This document shows, piece after piece, positions 51,267 through 64,000 of a DNA stretch of 64,000 bases (positions within the stretch are counted from its first letter, which is position 1; each line of letters opens with the position of its first letter). A program made the position numbers and the translations under genes. The notes below the pieces were generated by a model that saw only the letters and a program-made list of their open reading frames with translations, did no database searches and was not told the DNA's origin. The stretch covers positions 800,001 through 864,000 of the forward strand of contig CAVVTZ010000007.1 of NCBI GenBank assembly GCA_963751275.1. Direction: 5' to 3'. This DNA comes from an uncultured Gemmatimonadaceae bacterium. Its GTDB lineage: Bacteria > Gemmatimonadota > Gemmatimonadetes > Gemmatimonadales > Gemmatimonadaceae.

Positions 51267-51716
51267 TTAGTGCTTCGCCCACGCCCAGCCGGTCATCTTC
51301 CACCCACTCGCTCCCTTCGCGAGCGAGATCGCGAGGATCGAGTTGGTCTCCTTCACCGGCTTGCCGTTCCTCTTGTACACATAATTCGCCGGCGTGACCA
51401 TGTACGCGACGTCGCCCGTGACATCGACGTGGGTGGGCTTGCCAAGCGTCACCACGGGATCCGTGATCTTGTTCTTCTCGGCATCGGCGTTGAAGGCGTT
51501 CGCCCACGCCGTGCAGGCATTCGCGCCCGACCAGACGTGCGGCGGGAATTCGTCGATGATCACCATCGGTGACGCGCAGGCGGCGGCCATCGCCGTGGTG
51601 TCGCCGGCGTTGAAGGCCACGACGAATTGCTTCACCGTCGCGACCACGTCGGCTTGGTCGGTGGGGGCGGGTGCCATGAGGAGAGCGGCGGCAGCGATCG
51701 TGAGAACTGTCTTCAT
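51267..51716 (-). CDS. NTF2/SnoaL-like exported protein
   Basis: Signal peptide; FVVAFNAGD, IIDEFPPHVW, GWKMTGWAW. Confidence 0.75.
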   Translation of the reverse strand: MKTVLTIAAAALLMAPAPTDQADVVATVKQFVVAFNAGDTTAMAAACASPMVIIDEFPPHVWSGANACTAWANAFNADAEKNKITDPVVTLGKPTHVDVTGDVAYMVTPANYVYKRNGKPVKETNSILAISLAKGASGWKMTGWAWAKH

Positions 51717-51750
51717 CGTTGCTTCATGCTCCTTGATTGGTTGGGGGATC

Positions 51751-51913
51751 AGGGCGCGTGTGGGTCCTAGTACCGCTTGAACAGCGCGTCTAGGAGGCAG
51801 CGTGTGGTACCACTCGGCGTGAGTGGCACGCCGTACGACTCACGCCGAGTGGTACCACACGCCGCCTCCTAGACGCGCCGCTCAAGCGGTACTAGGGCCC
51901 ACAGGCGCCGTTC
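51751..51913. repeat. Family A palindrome, copy 10
   Basis: GGTACCACTCGGCGTGAGT / ACTCACGCCGAGTGGTACC variant. Confidence 0.93.
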
Positions 51914-51920
51914 GCAGCGA

Positions 51921-52403
51921 TCACAGGTACCGCGCGACGGCCATCGCGAGGATCGCGACCATCAAGAGCGCGGCGACCGTACGTCCGCCCCGCTGCAGCT
52001 TGTCGAACAGCGCATTGACCTCAGCGGCGGGCGGCGGGCCGCCAGACGACATGAGGGCGGTGATCTTCTTCGCGTTCGGCTTGACCATGAGCATCCCGAC
52101 GGCCAGCGCAGCGAGCGCCGCAACAGCCCCCACACTGTATCCCATCGCCGGACGTGAGTGCACCCAGTCCGGTCCGCCGGCGGTCGAGTCCATCCAGAAA
52201 AGGATGAATCCCGTGAGGATCGTGAGTCCCGCGCCCGCCGAGATGATCACGCTGTACTTCCGTTTCATGATCCCCATCATGACGCCGCCGCCACCCGCGC
52301 CCGCGTCGCGCACGGCGGGCTCGATGAAGAAGGCAAACACGACCACGGCGCCGAACCAGTAGGCGCCGAGGACGACGTGGAGGGCTTTGAGCACAATGAG
52401 CAT
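51921..52403 (-). CDS. Four-TM hypothetical membrane protein
   Basis: LHVVLGAYWFG start; four hydrophobic helices; GGAG RBS. Confidence 0.75.
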   Translation of the reverse strand: MLIVLKALHVVLGAYWFGAVVVFAFFIEPAVRDAGAGGGGVMMGIMKRKYSVIISAGAGLTILTGFILFWMDSTAGGPDWVHSRPAMGYSVGAVAALAALAVGMLMVKPNAKKITALMSSGGPPPAAEVNALFDKLQRGGRTVAALLMVAILAMAVARYL

Positions 52404-52412
52404 CGGATCTCC

Positions 52413-53633
52413 TCAGTGAAGGGAATCGAGGACCATCTTCGGGTCCAGCGCGACCTTGCGCGCCGTGAACACCCGGAACCAGCGCGCAGATTTATACAGC
52501 TTGTCGCTCAGGACCGGAAGGTCGATCGCGCCGGCCATCCCCGCGGCGGTGAGGCGGATGACGGAATCGTCGCGCATCAGCACGGGGAGATCGAGCGAGA
52601 GCATTTGCGTCTTCGCGGGGTAATCGAGCAGCAGTTCGCCCGGCGCGAGGCCGGCGGCGCTCGCCGAGTTGCTCCTCGGCGGCGCGCACGCGGTCGCGAT
52701 CGGTGGCGATCCAGTCGAGGTCGCGCCCCTCGAGCGAGGCGGCCGGCGTCTCGAAGGCGCGCTTGTAGAGGCGGCGCATGCGGATCGCGGCGAGGAGCGG
52801 GTTCGGCGTGCCGGATTCCAGCGCGAAGAGGAGGCCTTCGTCGGTGATAGCGCACGAGGGACGCGGCGTCGAGCGTGTGCGCGCGCAGCGCATCCTCCAC
52901 GAGGCGCTTGTACATCGCGGTGGCGCTGCGCACGGCGTGGTGCCAGTAGACGTTGCGGTACATCTGGTACTTCGCGAAGAGCAGCGATTCGAGCGCGCTC
53001 AGCGCCTTGGCGCGCACGCCGGTCACGGTGCGATTCGTCGTGGGGTCGGCGAGCAGCACGATCGCGAAGATCAGGCGGTCCTCGTCGATCTCGCCGTACG
53101 GGACGCCGCACATCTTCGCGTCGCGCTTGAGATAGTCGATCTTGTCCAGATCGAGCGAGCCGGAGATCAGCCCCTGCAACGGCGACTGGCTCTTGCCCTG
53201 GATGAGCGCCATCACGCGCGCGGGCGCCTCGGCGCCGTATTCCTTGCGCAGGATCGCGGCCACCTCGCCGCCGGTGATCAGGTCGCGCGCGACCTCCTCG
53301 TGGTGCGCCACGCCGATCTCCTCCAGCGCGTGGCAGAAGGGGTAGTGCCCCACGTCGTGCAGCAGCGCGGTGGCGGCGACGATCGCCGGCTCATCGGCGG
53401 CCACGCCGGCCGAGCGCGCCCGCTTCGCCGAGGGCGTGGAGCGTGCGCTTCGCGAGATGGTACGCGCCCAGCGCGTGTTCGAAGCGCGAATGCGTGGCGC
53501 CGGGGTAGACGAGATGCGCGAGCCCCAGCTGCCGCACGTAGCGCAGCCGCTGGAGCGCGGGCGTGTCGATGAGCTGCCGGGCGACCGCGTCCACACGGAT
53601 GTTGTTCCAGAGTGGATCGCGGATGGTGGTCAT
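52413..53633 (-). CDS. HD-domain phosphohydrolase, dNTPase (YwfO/SAMHD1)-like (several frameshifts)
   Basis: [43 protein letters not shown]. Confidence 0.88.
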
Positions 53634-53646
53634 CGCCGCGGCGCCG

Positions 53647-55271
<1,625 letters not shown>

Positions 55272-55320
55272 GATCGGATCCTGCGAGTCGAGGTCTATGA
55301 AGGCGGCGCGGATGCGCCGG

Positions 55321-57568
55321 CTATTTGCGTGACTGCGCGTCCACGACGGCCACGGCCGCCATGTTGACGATGCTCTGCACATCGCACCCGGCTTCCAGCA
55401 CGTGCACCGGGAGCCGCATGCCGACGAGGATCGGCCCGATGGCCGTCGCCCCGCCCAGCTCTCTCAGTAACTTGTACGCGATGTTGCCCGCGCTCAAGTT
55501 CGGGAAGATCAATACGTTGGCCGGCCCATTGAGCAGGCTGAGCGGGAACTGCGCGTGCAGCTTCTCCTCGTTCATCGCGAGATCGGCCTGCATCTCGCCG
55601 TCCACCACCAGGCTGGGGTCGCGGTGGCGGATGAGATTGACCGCGGCGGCCACGCGCTCGGGCTCCTCGTCCTTCACCGAACCGAAGTTCGAGAAGGAGA
55701 GCATCGCGATCCGCGGCTCGATGCCGAGCGTCCGGAGCAGCTTGCCCGCCGAGATCGCGATGTGCGCCAGCTTCTCGGCGGTGGGCGCGATCGTGACGGT
55801 CGTGTCGCCGCAGGAACACGGTGTGCTTCTCGAACACCAGCATGTAGAAGCCGCTCACGAGGCCGCCCTTGGGGTGCGCGCCGATCACTTCGAGCGCGGG
55901 GCGGATCGTGGCCGGATACTGCTGCGTGACGCCGGAGACGAGCGCATCGGCGTCGCCGAGCGCGACCATGAGACTGCCGAAGTAGTCCGGGTCACAGACG
56001 CGCTCGCGCGCCTGCGCCTCGGTCATGCCTTTGTGCTTGCGCCGCTCGAGCAGGTACTGCGCGAACGCCTCGCGTTTCGAGGCATCGGCCGGATCCTCGA
56101 GGGTGAGTCCCTCGAGGGAGATGCGCACCTCGGAGGCGGTCCGGCGGATCGCTTCAATGTTGCCGAGGAGCACCGGCTCGGCGATCCCTTCGTCGAGCAC
56201 GATGCGGGCGGCTTTGATGATCCGTTCGTCCTCGCCCTCGGGGAAGACGACGCGGCGCGGGTCCTGGACGGCCTGGTTGATGAGGCCGCGCATGATGCCG
56301 CGCGCGCGGCTGAGGCGCGATTCCAGGAGCGCGCGGTAGTCGCCCGCGTCGATGATGACGCGCGCGACGCCGCTGGCGACGGCGGCCCACGCGACGGCGG
56401 GGGCGACCCAGAGCAGGACGCGCGGGTCGAAGGGGAAGGGGATGAGATAGTCGCGCCCGAAGGCGATGTTCTTGAGGCCGTAGAGGCGCGAGACCGAGTC
56501 GGGCACGGGCTCGCGCGCGAGCGCCGCGAGGGCGCGGGTGGCGGCCATCTTCATCTCCTCGGTCACCTGGGTCGCGCGCGCGTCGAGCGCGCCGCGGAAG
56601 ATGAAGGGGAAGCCGAGGAGGTTGTTGACCTGGTTCGGGTAGTCGCTGCGTCCCGTGGCGACGATCGCGTCGGGGCGCGCGGCGAGCACTTCGTTGGGGA
56701 GGATCTCGGGGGTCGGGTTCGCGAGGGCGAAGACGATCGGGTCCGGCGCCATCGCGGCGATCATGGCACCGGTGATCACGCCGCCGCGCGAGAGGCCGAC
56801 GAAGACGTCGGCGCCGCGCAGCGCTTCGGTGATCGTGCGCATGTCCGTGGCGCGCGCGAAGCGCGCCTTGTACGGGTCCATCTCGATCGTGCGGCCCTCA
56901 TAGACGACGCCGTGCACATCGCACATGGTGATGTGCTCGCGCGCAACGCCGAGGCGGACATAGTGTTTAGCCGTAGCAATGGCCGCGGCGCCGGCGCCGG
57001 AGAAGACGACGCGGACCTGGTCGATCTTCTTCCCCACGATCTCGAGCGCGTTGAGCAGCGCGGCGCCGGAGATGATCGCGGTGCCGTGCTGGTCGTCGTG
57101 GAAGACGGGGATCTTGAGCGTGCGCTTGAGTTCTTCCTCGATGCGGAAGCAGTCGGGGGCGCGGATGTCCTCGAGGTTGATCCCGCCCACGGTGGGCTCG
57201 AGCATCTGGCAGAAGCGGATCACATCCTCGGGATCCTCGGCGTTCACTTCGATGTCGAAGACATCGATGTCGGCGAACTGCTTGAAGAGGTTCCCTTTGC
57301 CTTCCATCACCGGCTTGCCGGCGAGCGCGCCGATGTTGCCGAGTCCGAGCACGGCGGTGCCGTTGGTCACGACCGCGACGAGATTGCCGCGCGCGGTGTA
57401 GGTGTACGCATCGTCGGGATTCGCCTGGATGGCGAGGCACGGCTCGGCGACGCCCGGGGTGTACGCGAGGGCGAGGTCCCGCTGGTTGTTGAGCGGCTTG
57501 GTGGGGACGACCGCGATCTTGCCGGGCCGGCCACTGCTGTGATAATCGAGGGCGTCCTGTTTCTTCAT
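55321..57568 (-). CDS. maeB: NADP-dependent malic enzyme with phosphotransacetylase-like domain (frameshift near 55815)
   Basis: [45 protein letters not shown]-like C-terminus. Confidence 0.95.
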
Positions 57569-57608
57569 CCTACGGAAAGTTACTCGCTTGCGACGGGTTC
57601 TCCTACCT

Positions 57609-57770
57609 ACGGCGTCTGTGGGGCCTAGTACCGCTTGAACAGCGCGTCTAGGAGGCAGCGTGTGGTAGTGCTCGGCGGGAGTAGCACGCCGTACAACTCA
57701 CGCCGAGCCGTACTACACGCAGCCTCCTAGACGCGCCCCTCGAGCGGTACTAGGCCCCACACGCGCCTAG
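57609..57770. repeat. Family A palindrome, copy 11 (hybrid arms)
   Basis: Left arm CTTGAACAGCGCG, right arm CGCGCCCCTCGAG. Confidence 0.9.
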
Positions 57771-57777
57771 TGAGTAG

Positions 57778-58431
57778 TCAGCGACCCTCGTCCAGCGCGT
57801 TTAGCTTGTCGAGCCGCGCGGCGTACCGTTCCACGACGAATTCGCGGGTCAGGAATGTCTCCACGATCGCGGTGGCCAATCGCGGGCCAATGAGGGATCC
57901 CGCGAGCGCGAGGACGTTCGCGTCGGAATGCTCGCGCGCGCTGATGGTGGTGGTCACGTCGTGGCAGAGGGCGGCGCGGATGCCCTTGATCTTGTTCGCG
58001 GCGATGCAGGCGCTCACGCCGGTGCCGTTCACCACGATGCCGAACCGCGCGCGGCCGGCGGCCACCTCGCGCGCGACGAGCGTGGCGGCGGCGGTCGTGT
58101 CGGGGAGCGCCTTCTCGGGGCCGACGAGGTCGGTCACGGTGTGCTGGAGCTGGTAGAGGCGCGCCGCGACCGCTTCCTTGATCACCGCGCCCGACTGGTC
58201 GCACGCGAGCGCGACGGTCGTCTGCACGAGCGGCTTCGGGTCGAACGAGCCGTAGGCGCGCATCGGCAGCACCGACGTGGGCGTATCGGGCCCGGTGAGG
58301 ATCACGCCCAATTCGCGCGCGGCCGCGCGGGCGCCGGGCGTCACGATCGCGCCGCGGATGTCGATGATGCGCGCTCCGTCGCGCGCGAGGCGGCGCACTT
58401 CCCGCTCGGTGATCGCCCGTTGCTCGGCCAT
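57778..58431 (-). CDS. RpiB/LacA/LacB family sugar-phosphate isomerase-like protein with N-terminal extension
   Basis: IAANKIKGIRAALC, AREHSDANVLAL; ITEREV..VTPGAR N-terminal module. Confidence 0.8.
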   Translation of the reverse strand: MAEQRAITEREVRRLARDGARIIDIRGAIVTPGARAAARELGVILTGPDTPTSVLPMRAYGSFDPKPLVQTTVALACDQSGAVIKEAVAARLYQLQHTVTDLVGPEKALPDTTAAATLVAREVAAGRARFGIVVNGTGVSACIAANKIKGIRAALCHDVTTTISAREHSDANVLALAGSLIGPRLATAIVETFLTREFVVERYAARLDKLNALDEGR

Positions 58432-58478
58432 TCGCAGACGCTATCCCCGCCCGCTCGCTCGCGCAAGAATGCGGGCGC

Positions 58479-61400
58479 TCAGACTTCGAGGCGGTCGCCC
58501 TCCCGCGCGACCACCACATAGAGGGACGGCATGAGGAAGACGCTGATCAGCAGCCGCGAGAAGAGCCCGCCCACGATCACGAGGGCGAAGGGCCGCTGCG
58601 AGTCGGAGCCGACGCCGGTCGAGAGCGCGGCCGGCAGGAGGCCCAGCGCCGCGACCAGCGCCGTCATCATGATCGGCCGCAGCCGCAGCAGCGCCGCCTC
58701 ATGCGTCGCGCGCACGATGTCCATGCCGTCGCGCCGCAGTTCGTTCACGTACGAGATGTAGACGACGGCCGTCTGTACCGACACGCCGAACAGTGCGAGG
58801 AACCCGATCCCCGACGACGCCGAGAAGGGCGTGCCGGTGAGCTTGAGCGCGAAGATGCCGCCGATCGGGCCGGACAGCGCGACGCCGACCACGGTGATCC
58901 ACGGGAACTTGAAATTGTTGTAGAGCGAGAAGAGGATCAGGAAGATCAGCACGATCGTCACCGGCAGCACGAAGCGCAGCTGGTCGCGCGATGCGGTGTA
59001 GTCCTCGTACTCGCCGCCCCACCGCACGCGGTAGCCCGGCGGCACTTTCACCTTCGCGGCCACCGCCTTCTCGGCCTCCTGCACCGCGCTCGCGAGGTCG
59101 CGGCCCTCCACCGAATACTGGATGCCGATGAAGCGCGAGTTGTCCTGCCGGTAGATGAAGCTCGCGCCGTTGTTCACGCGCACGTCCGCGAGCTCGCGCA
59201 GCGGGATCTGCTGGCCGCCGGGCGCCGCGACGAGGATGTTCCCGATCTCTTCCGGCGTGCGCCGCGATTCCGGCTTGAGCCGCACGACGAGGTCGAAGCG
59301 CCGCTCGCCCTGCACGATCGTGGTGGCCGCGCTGCCGCCCACCGCCGCCTCCACCAATCCGTTCACATCGTCCACGTTGATGCCATAGCGCGACGTCTTC
59401 GCGCGGTCGATGCTGATCGTGAGGCTCGGCTGGCCCAGCTCCTGCACCACCGTCACGTGCGTGATGCCGGGCACGGCTTCGATCACCTGCTTGATCTCGT
59501 TCCCCTTCCTCTCGAGCAGTTCGAGGTCCGTGCCGAACACCTTCACATCCAGCGAGCTCTTGAGCCCCGTTTCGGCCTCGTTCACCGCGTCTTCCGCCGG
59601 CTGCGTGAAATTGAAGGTGATCCCGGTGAACGACGCGAGCCGCTTGTCCACGCTGTCGACGAGCTGCGCCTTCGTGCGAATGGGGCCGGTCCACTCGCGG
59701 TACGGTTTGAGGCCCACGTAGAACTCGGCGTTGAAGAAGCCGGTCGCATCGGTGCCATCATCGGGGCGGCCGTGTTCATCGGCGACCACGGTCACCATCG
59801 GGAAGGAGCGCAGCACTGCGCGGATCTGCGGGACGATCCGCGACGATTCCTCGAAGGAGATCGTGTACGGCATCGTGGATCGCACCCAGAGCGCGCCCTC
59901 GTCGAGCTTGGGCATGAACTCGGCGCCGATGGTCGGCACGATCGCGAGCGCGAGCAGAAGCAGCACCGACGAGCCGCCGATCACGCGCCAGGGGAACCGC
60001 ATCGACCAGTCGAGGCCGCGGGCGTACTTCGCCTTGATCCACTCGAACGCGGGATTGTGCTTCTCGCGCGCGCGGCCGCCGAGGATGAAGAAGCAGAGCA
60101 CCGGCAGCAGCGTGAGCGTCAGGAGCAGCGAGCCGATGAGCGCGAAGATCGTGGTGTCGGCCATCGGACGGAACAGCGTGCCCAATGGGCCCGCGAGCAC
60201 GTAGATCGGCAGGAAGCCCGCGATGATCACGGCCACCGCGTACAGGATGGGGCGGTCCACCTCCGCGGCGGCGGCGATGATCACCTCGCGCACGCCCACG
60301 TTCTCGTCGCGGCGCAGCGACAGCTGGCGGAAGATGTTCTCCACCATCACCACAGCGCCGTCCACGATGATGCCGAAGTCGATCGCGCCAATGGACAGGA
60401 GGTTGGCCGGCACGTGCCGCAGATCGAGGCAGATGAAGGCGAACAGCAGCGAGAGCGGGATCGTCGTGGCCACGATGAGTCCCGACCGCACGTCGTACAG
60501 GAAGAACATCAGCACCACGAGCACGAAGATGATGCCGCGCAGGAGATTGTCCTCCACCGTGCGCGTGGTGAGCGCGATCAGTTCGCTGCGGTCGTAGAAC
60601 GGCCGCACCTTCACATCCTTGGGCAGCAAGGAATCGTTCAGTTCCGCGGTCTTGGCCTCGACCTTCTTGAGCACGACCTGCGCCTGCTCGCCGCGCGTCA
60701 TGAGGATCACGCCCTCGACGGCGTCATTCACGCTGTCGAAGCCGAACTGTCCGAGGCGCGGCGCGGCGCCGATCACCACGTCGCCGATGTCCTTCACGAG
60801 CACCGGCGTCCCGTTGCTCACCGCCACCACGGTGCGGCCAATGTCCTCGGTGGTGGCCATGCGGCCGAGTCCGCGCACGTAGTAGAACTGCCCGCCCTCG
60901 GAATAGAAGCCGCCGCCCGCGTTGCTGTTGTTCGCGGAGAGCGCGGCGGCCACGAGGGGCACCGTGAGTCCGCGCCCCGCGAGGCGCACCGGATCGATCA
61001 CGACCTGGTACTGCATCGTTTCGCCGCCCAGCGAGCTCATGTCCGCCACACCCGGCACCGAGCGGTATTGGCGCTCCAGCACCCAGTCCTCGATGTTCTT
61101 GAGCTCCATCGCGCTCCGGTCCTTGCTCTCGATCACGTAGCGGTACACGAGCCCCGAGGGCGAGAAGAGCGGCGAGACGCTCGGCGTGATCCCCGATGGC
61201 AGGTCGACGTCGGGCAGCCGCTCGAAGACGCGCTGGCGCGCGAAATAATCGTCGGTGCCATCGCGGAAGGTGAGCGTCACATCGGACAGCCCGTAGAGCG
61301 AGATCGAGCGCATCACCTTGAGATGCGGCACGCCGTTCATCGAGAGTTCGATGGGCGCGGTGATGAGCTGCTCCACTTCCTCGGCGGCGTGGCCCGGCCA

Positions 61401-61605
61401 TTGGGTGATGATCTCGACCATCGGCGGCGACAGGTCGGGATACGCGTCCACCGGCAGCCGCAGGAACGACCAGAATGCCGACGCCCACGAGCAGCAGCGC
61501 GAGGAACGCGACGATCGGCCACTGATCGACGGCCGCCGCGACGAGATAGTTGACGAACGACGCCGTGTGGGCGACGCGGTTCTTCGGCACCTCCGGCTGG
61601 CTCAT
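58479..61605 (-). CDS. CusA/CzcA family RND permease (frameshift near 61470)
   Basis: DAYPDL, AEEVE, ANLLSIGAIDFGIIVDGAVVMVEN, RLRPIMMTA. Confidence 0.92.
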
Positions 61606-62762
61606 TGGCTCTGCGCGAATTCGAGGAAGAGCCCGCCCTCGGCCGTCACGCGTTCGCCTTCCTTCAACCCGTCGCGCACCTCGTACCGGTCGCCCACGCG
61701 ATTGCCGAGGGTGATCGTACGCCGCGCGAAGGTGCCTTGCCCGGTCTCGACGAACACGAAGGGCAGGTTGTCGTCATCGCGCAGCACCGCGGACACGGGG
61801 ATCAGCATCCCCTTGATGGTGCGCGACGACTGGATCGCCGCCTGCACGTACATGTCCTTCCGCAGCACGTGGCCGGGGTTGGGCACCTCGAGGCGCACGC
61901 TGGTGGCGCGCGTGGAGGGGTCCACCAGCGCGGCCACGTACACCGCGACGCCCTGGATCGGGTGCGGCAGCGCCGCGCCGGTGATCTGCGCTTTGTCACC
62001 CGGCGCCACGAAGGCGAGATCCGACTCGAAGACGTTCGCCAGCACCCACATCCGGGAGAGGTCGGCCACGGTGAAGCACGGCGTGGTGCCCGCCTGCAGC
62101 AGCTGGCCCGGCGTGATCAGCTTCTCGACCACGGTGCCCGAGAGCGGCGCGCGGATGTACGCCTGCACCGGCGCGGAGTGTTTCGGATCCTGCAGGGCGG
62201 CGATCGTGGCGGAGTCCACGCCCAAGGCGCGCAACTGCTGGAGCGCGGCGTCGCGATCCGACGCCGCCGCCTCGGCATCCTCCTCCGACTGCTCCAGATC
62301 GCGCTTCGCGATCCCATCGGCCTTGAAGAGCTCGGCGTTGAGATCGGCCACGCGTTGCGTCTGCAGCGCCGCGGCCTGCGCCTTCCGGTAGGCACTCACC
62401 GCGGCGGCGAAGTCGGGCGACGAGATCGCCGCGAGCGGATCGCCGCGGCGTACTTCCGCCCCCACTTCCACGAGGAGCTTCACCACGGGCCCGGACATCG
62501 GCGCGAGCACCTGCGTCGAGATGTTCCCATCGAAGGCGACGGTGCCGGTGGTGTTGATTGTCGGGCGGTAACTCTCCACCGTCACCGGGATCACCTTCAT
62601 ATGCTCCCGTTGGTCGGGCGAGAGCGTGAGCGGGCGCTGATCCGCCGCGGTGCTGTCGGCGGCGACGGTCGTGGCGCCCTTCTTCGCGGAGCAGGCAGCC
62701 GCGGCGCCGAGCGCGCAGGCGATGAGGCCGCGGATCGCGCGGCGCTGGATGTGCTGGCTCAT
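61602..62762 (-). CDS. RND efflux periplasmic adaptor subunit
   Basis: Lipobox AAAC; APMSG, IRAPLSG, VADLSRMWV, VDPSTR, IPVSAV. Confidence 0.9.
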   Translation of the reverse strand: MSQHIQRRAIRGLIACALGAAAACSAKKGATTVAADSTAADQRPLTLSPDQREHMKVIPVTVESYRPTINTTGTVAFDGNISTQVLAPMSGPVVKLLVEVGAEVRRGDPLAAISSPDFAAAVSAYRKAQAAALQTQRVADLNAELFKADGIAKRDLEQSEEDAEAAASDRDAALQQLRALGVDSATIAALQDPKHSAPVQAYIRAPLSGTVVEKLITPGQLLQAGTTPCFTVADLSRMWVLANVFESDLAFVAPGDKAQITGAALPHPIQGVAVYVAALVDPSTRATSVRLEVPNPGHVLRKDMYVQAAIQSSRTIKGMLIPVSAVLRDDDNLPFVFVETGQGTFARRTITLGNRVGDRYEVRDGLKEGERVTAEGGLFLEFAQSQ

Positions 62763-64000
62763 GGGGTCGTTTCCGAAGGCTGGGTGTCGAGCGGCGCGCC
62801 GACGGCGCGCTCGAGATCGGCGACGGCGTCGTTCAAGGCGCCGAGGGCGGTGGCGAACTGGTTCTTCGCATCGAGCAGCGAGTTCTGCGAATCGATCACC
62901 TCGAGCGAGCTCGCGCCGCCCAGGCTGTACGTCTTGAAAGCAATGTCGTACTGCTCCTGCGCGGATGGCAGGAGCTGATCGCGGATGAACACCGCTTGGC
63001 GGTAACTCGTGGTGGCGGTGGCGTACGCGTTGCGGAGATCCTGCTCCACCTGCGCGAACACGTCGCGCTGCGTGGCAGTCCAATTCGCAGTTGCGAGATG
63101 CTTCGCCTCGGCGACCTCGCCGTTCTGGTGCTGCCAGAAGAGCAGGGGGACGCTGATGCTGATGCCGCTGGTCCAGCTCTGCGGAAACCCGTAGGGATCG
63201 TTGCGCGTGACGCTGACGTTGAGGTCGGGGAAGTAGTACTGCTGGGCGAGCTTCTCGGCGGAGCGCGCCGCGTCCATCTGGCGGATGATCCCGGCGAGCT
63301 CGGGGCGCCGCTGCATCGCGACCTGCTGGAGGCGATCGTAGTCGTCGGGGACGCTCACCACTTCGAGCGTGTCGGCGGTCTCGATGCTCGCGCCGAGGAT
63401 CCGGCCAATGAGGCGATTGAGCGCGGCGCGCGCATTGGCGACGCCGCGCTCGTTCGCGATGAGATCGTTCTCGCTCTGCGCGACGCCCACCTGCGCTTTC
63501 ACGACGTCGAGGCGCGCGGTGGTACCGGCATTGTAGCGCGCGGTGGTCTTCTTGAGGAAGTCCTGCGAGAGGCTCCGTGCGGAGAGCAGATCCTCGCGGT
63601 GCTGGAGCGCGACGAGGAGCGAGTCGTACGCCTGCGCGGTCTGCGTCGCGATCGCGGCGCGCTGCACGAGGTAGAGCGCCTGGAGATTCCCCACGTCGCC
63701 GCCGGCGGCCTCCCCGCGCAGCCAGAACTTCTGCGGGAAGGGTATCGGTGAGGCCGGCGATGATGTCGGTCTCCCGCACGGGGTGCGGGTTGATCGCTCG
63801 GCCGGGCCCTTGCACCGTGAAGCCGAGCGTCGGATCGGGGAAGGCGGTGGCTTGGGTGACGCGGGCGTGCGCTTGCTGGAGCTGTTCGCGCGCGATGACG
63901 ATCGTCGGGATTATGCGCGAGCGCGCTATCGATCGCCTGCTGCTTGGTGAGGCGGAGCGGCGGCGGGGGCGGCAGCGCCGGCAGGTGCGCGCGCGGCTCG
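62759..64000 (-). CDS. TolC family outer-membrane efflux protein (5' end outside window; frameshifts)
   Basis: RYNAG..LDVVKAQ, RRPEL, PDLNV, YSLGGASSLEVIDSQ, LERAVG. Confidence 0.85.

Noticed and set aside
58701..61553. Long antisense ORFs (also 657-2219, 6664-9087, 11331-13454, 40221-42728, 55325-57628)
   Set aside because: Shadow frames of real high-GC genes on the opposite strand

Overview
High-GC bacterial chromosomal segment. Gene content and protein style suggest Gemmatimonadota, but this is an inference. It holds housekeeping genes (moaC, holB, purE, uvrA, pckA, maeB, an rpiB-like gene, tRNA-Lys, tRNA-Asn), envelope genes (two lytic transglycosylases, a Pal-like protein, an RND efflux trio) and many signalling genes (two Ser/Thr kinases, two PP2C phosphatases, an FHA protein, two GGDEF proteins, one HD-GYP protein). 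Many conserved genes are broken by single-base indels, most likely uncorrected long-read errors. Four things stand out. (1) A five-gene minus-strand operon (10360-15840) follows a GG-N10-GC sigma54-type promoter. It encodes a ZU5-like lipoprotein ending in an HFS autoproteolysis-type motif, a stand-alone TPR protein, a sigma54 activator with no sensor domain, a TPR-HD-GYP protein and a REC-GGDEF protein, and is a candidate undescribed peptide/envelope-sensing c-di-GMP circuit. (2) Long intergenic palindromes are very dense: 11 copies of a ~160-200 bp family A, 5 of a family B, and others. They show co-varying arms, hybrid arms, shared modules and ends that overlap stop codons. (3) A degenerate DUF692 (MNIO) plus partner pair has no visible precursor and is bracketed by two family-B repeats. 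(4) A secreted PHM/DBH-like copper monooxygenase candidate is present. No CRISPR array, transposase, integrase or prophage was seen.
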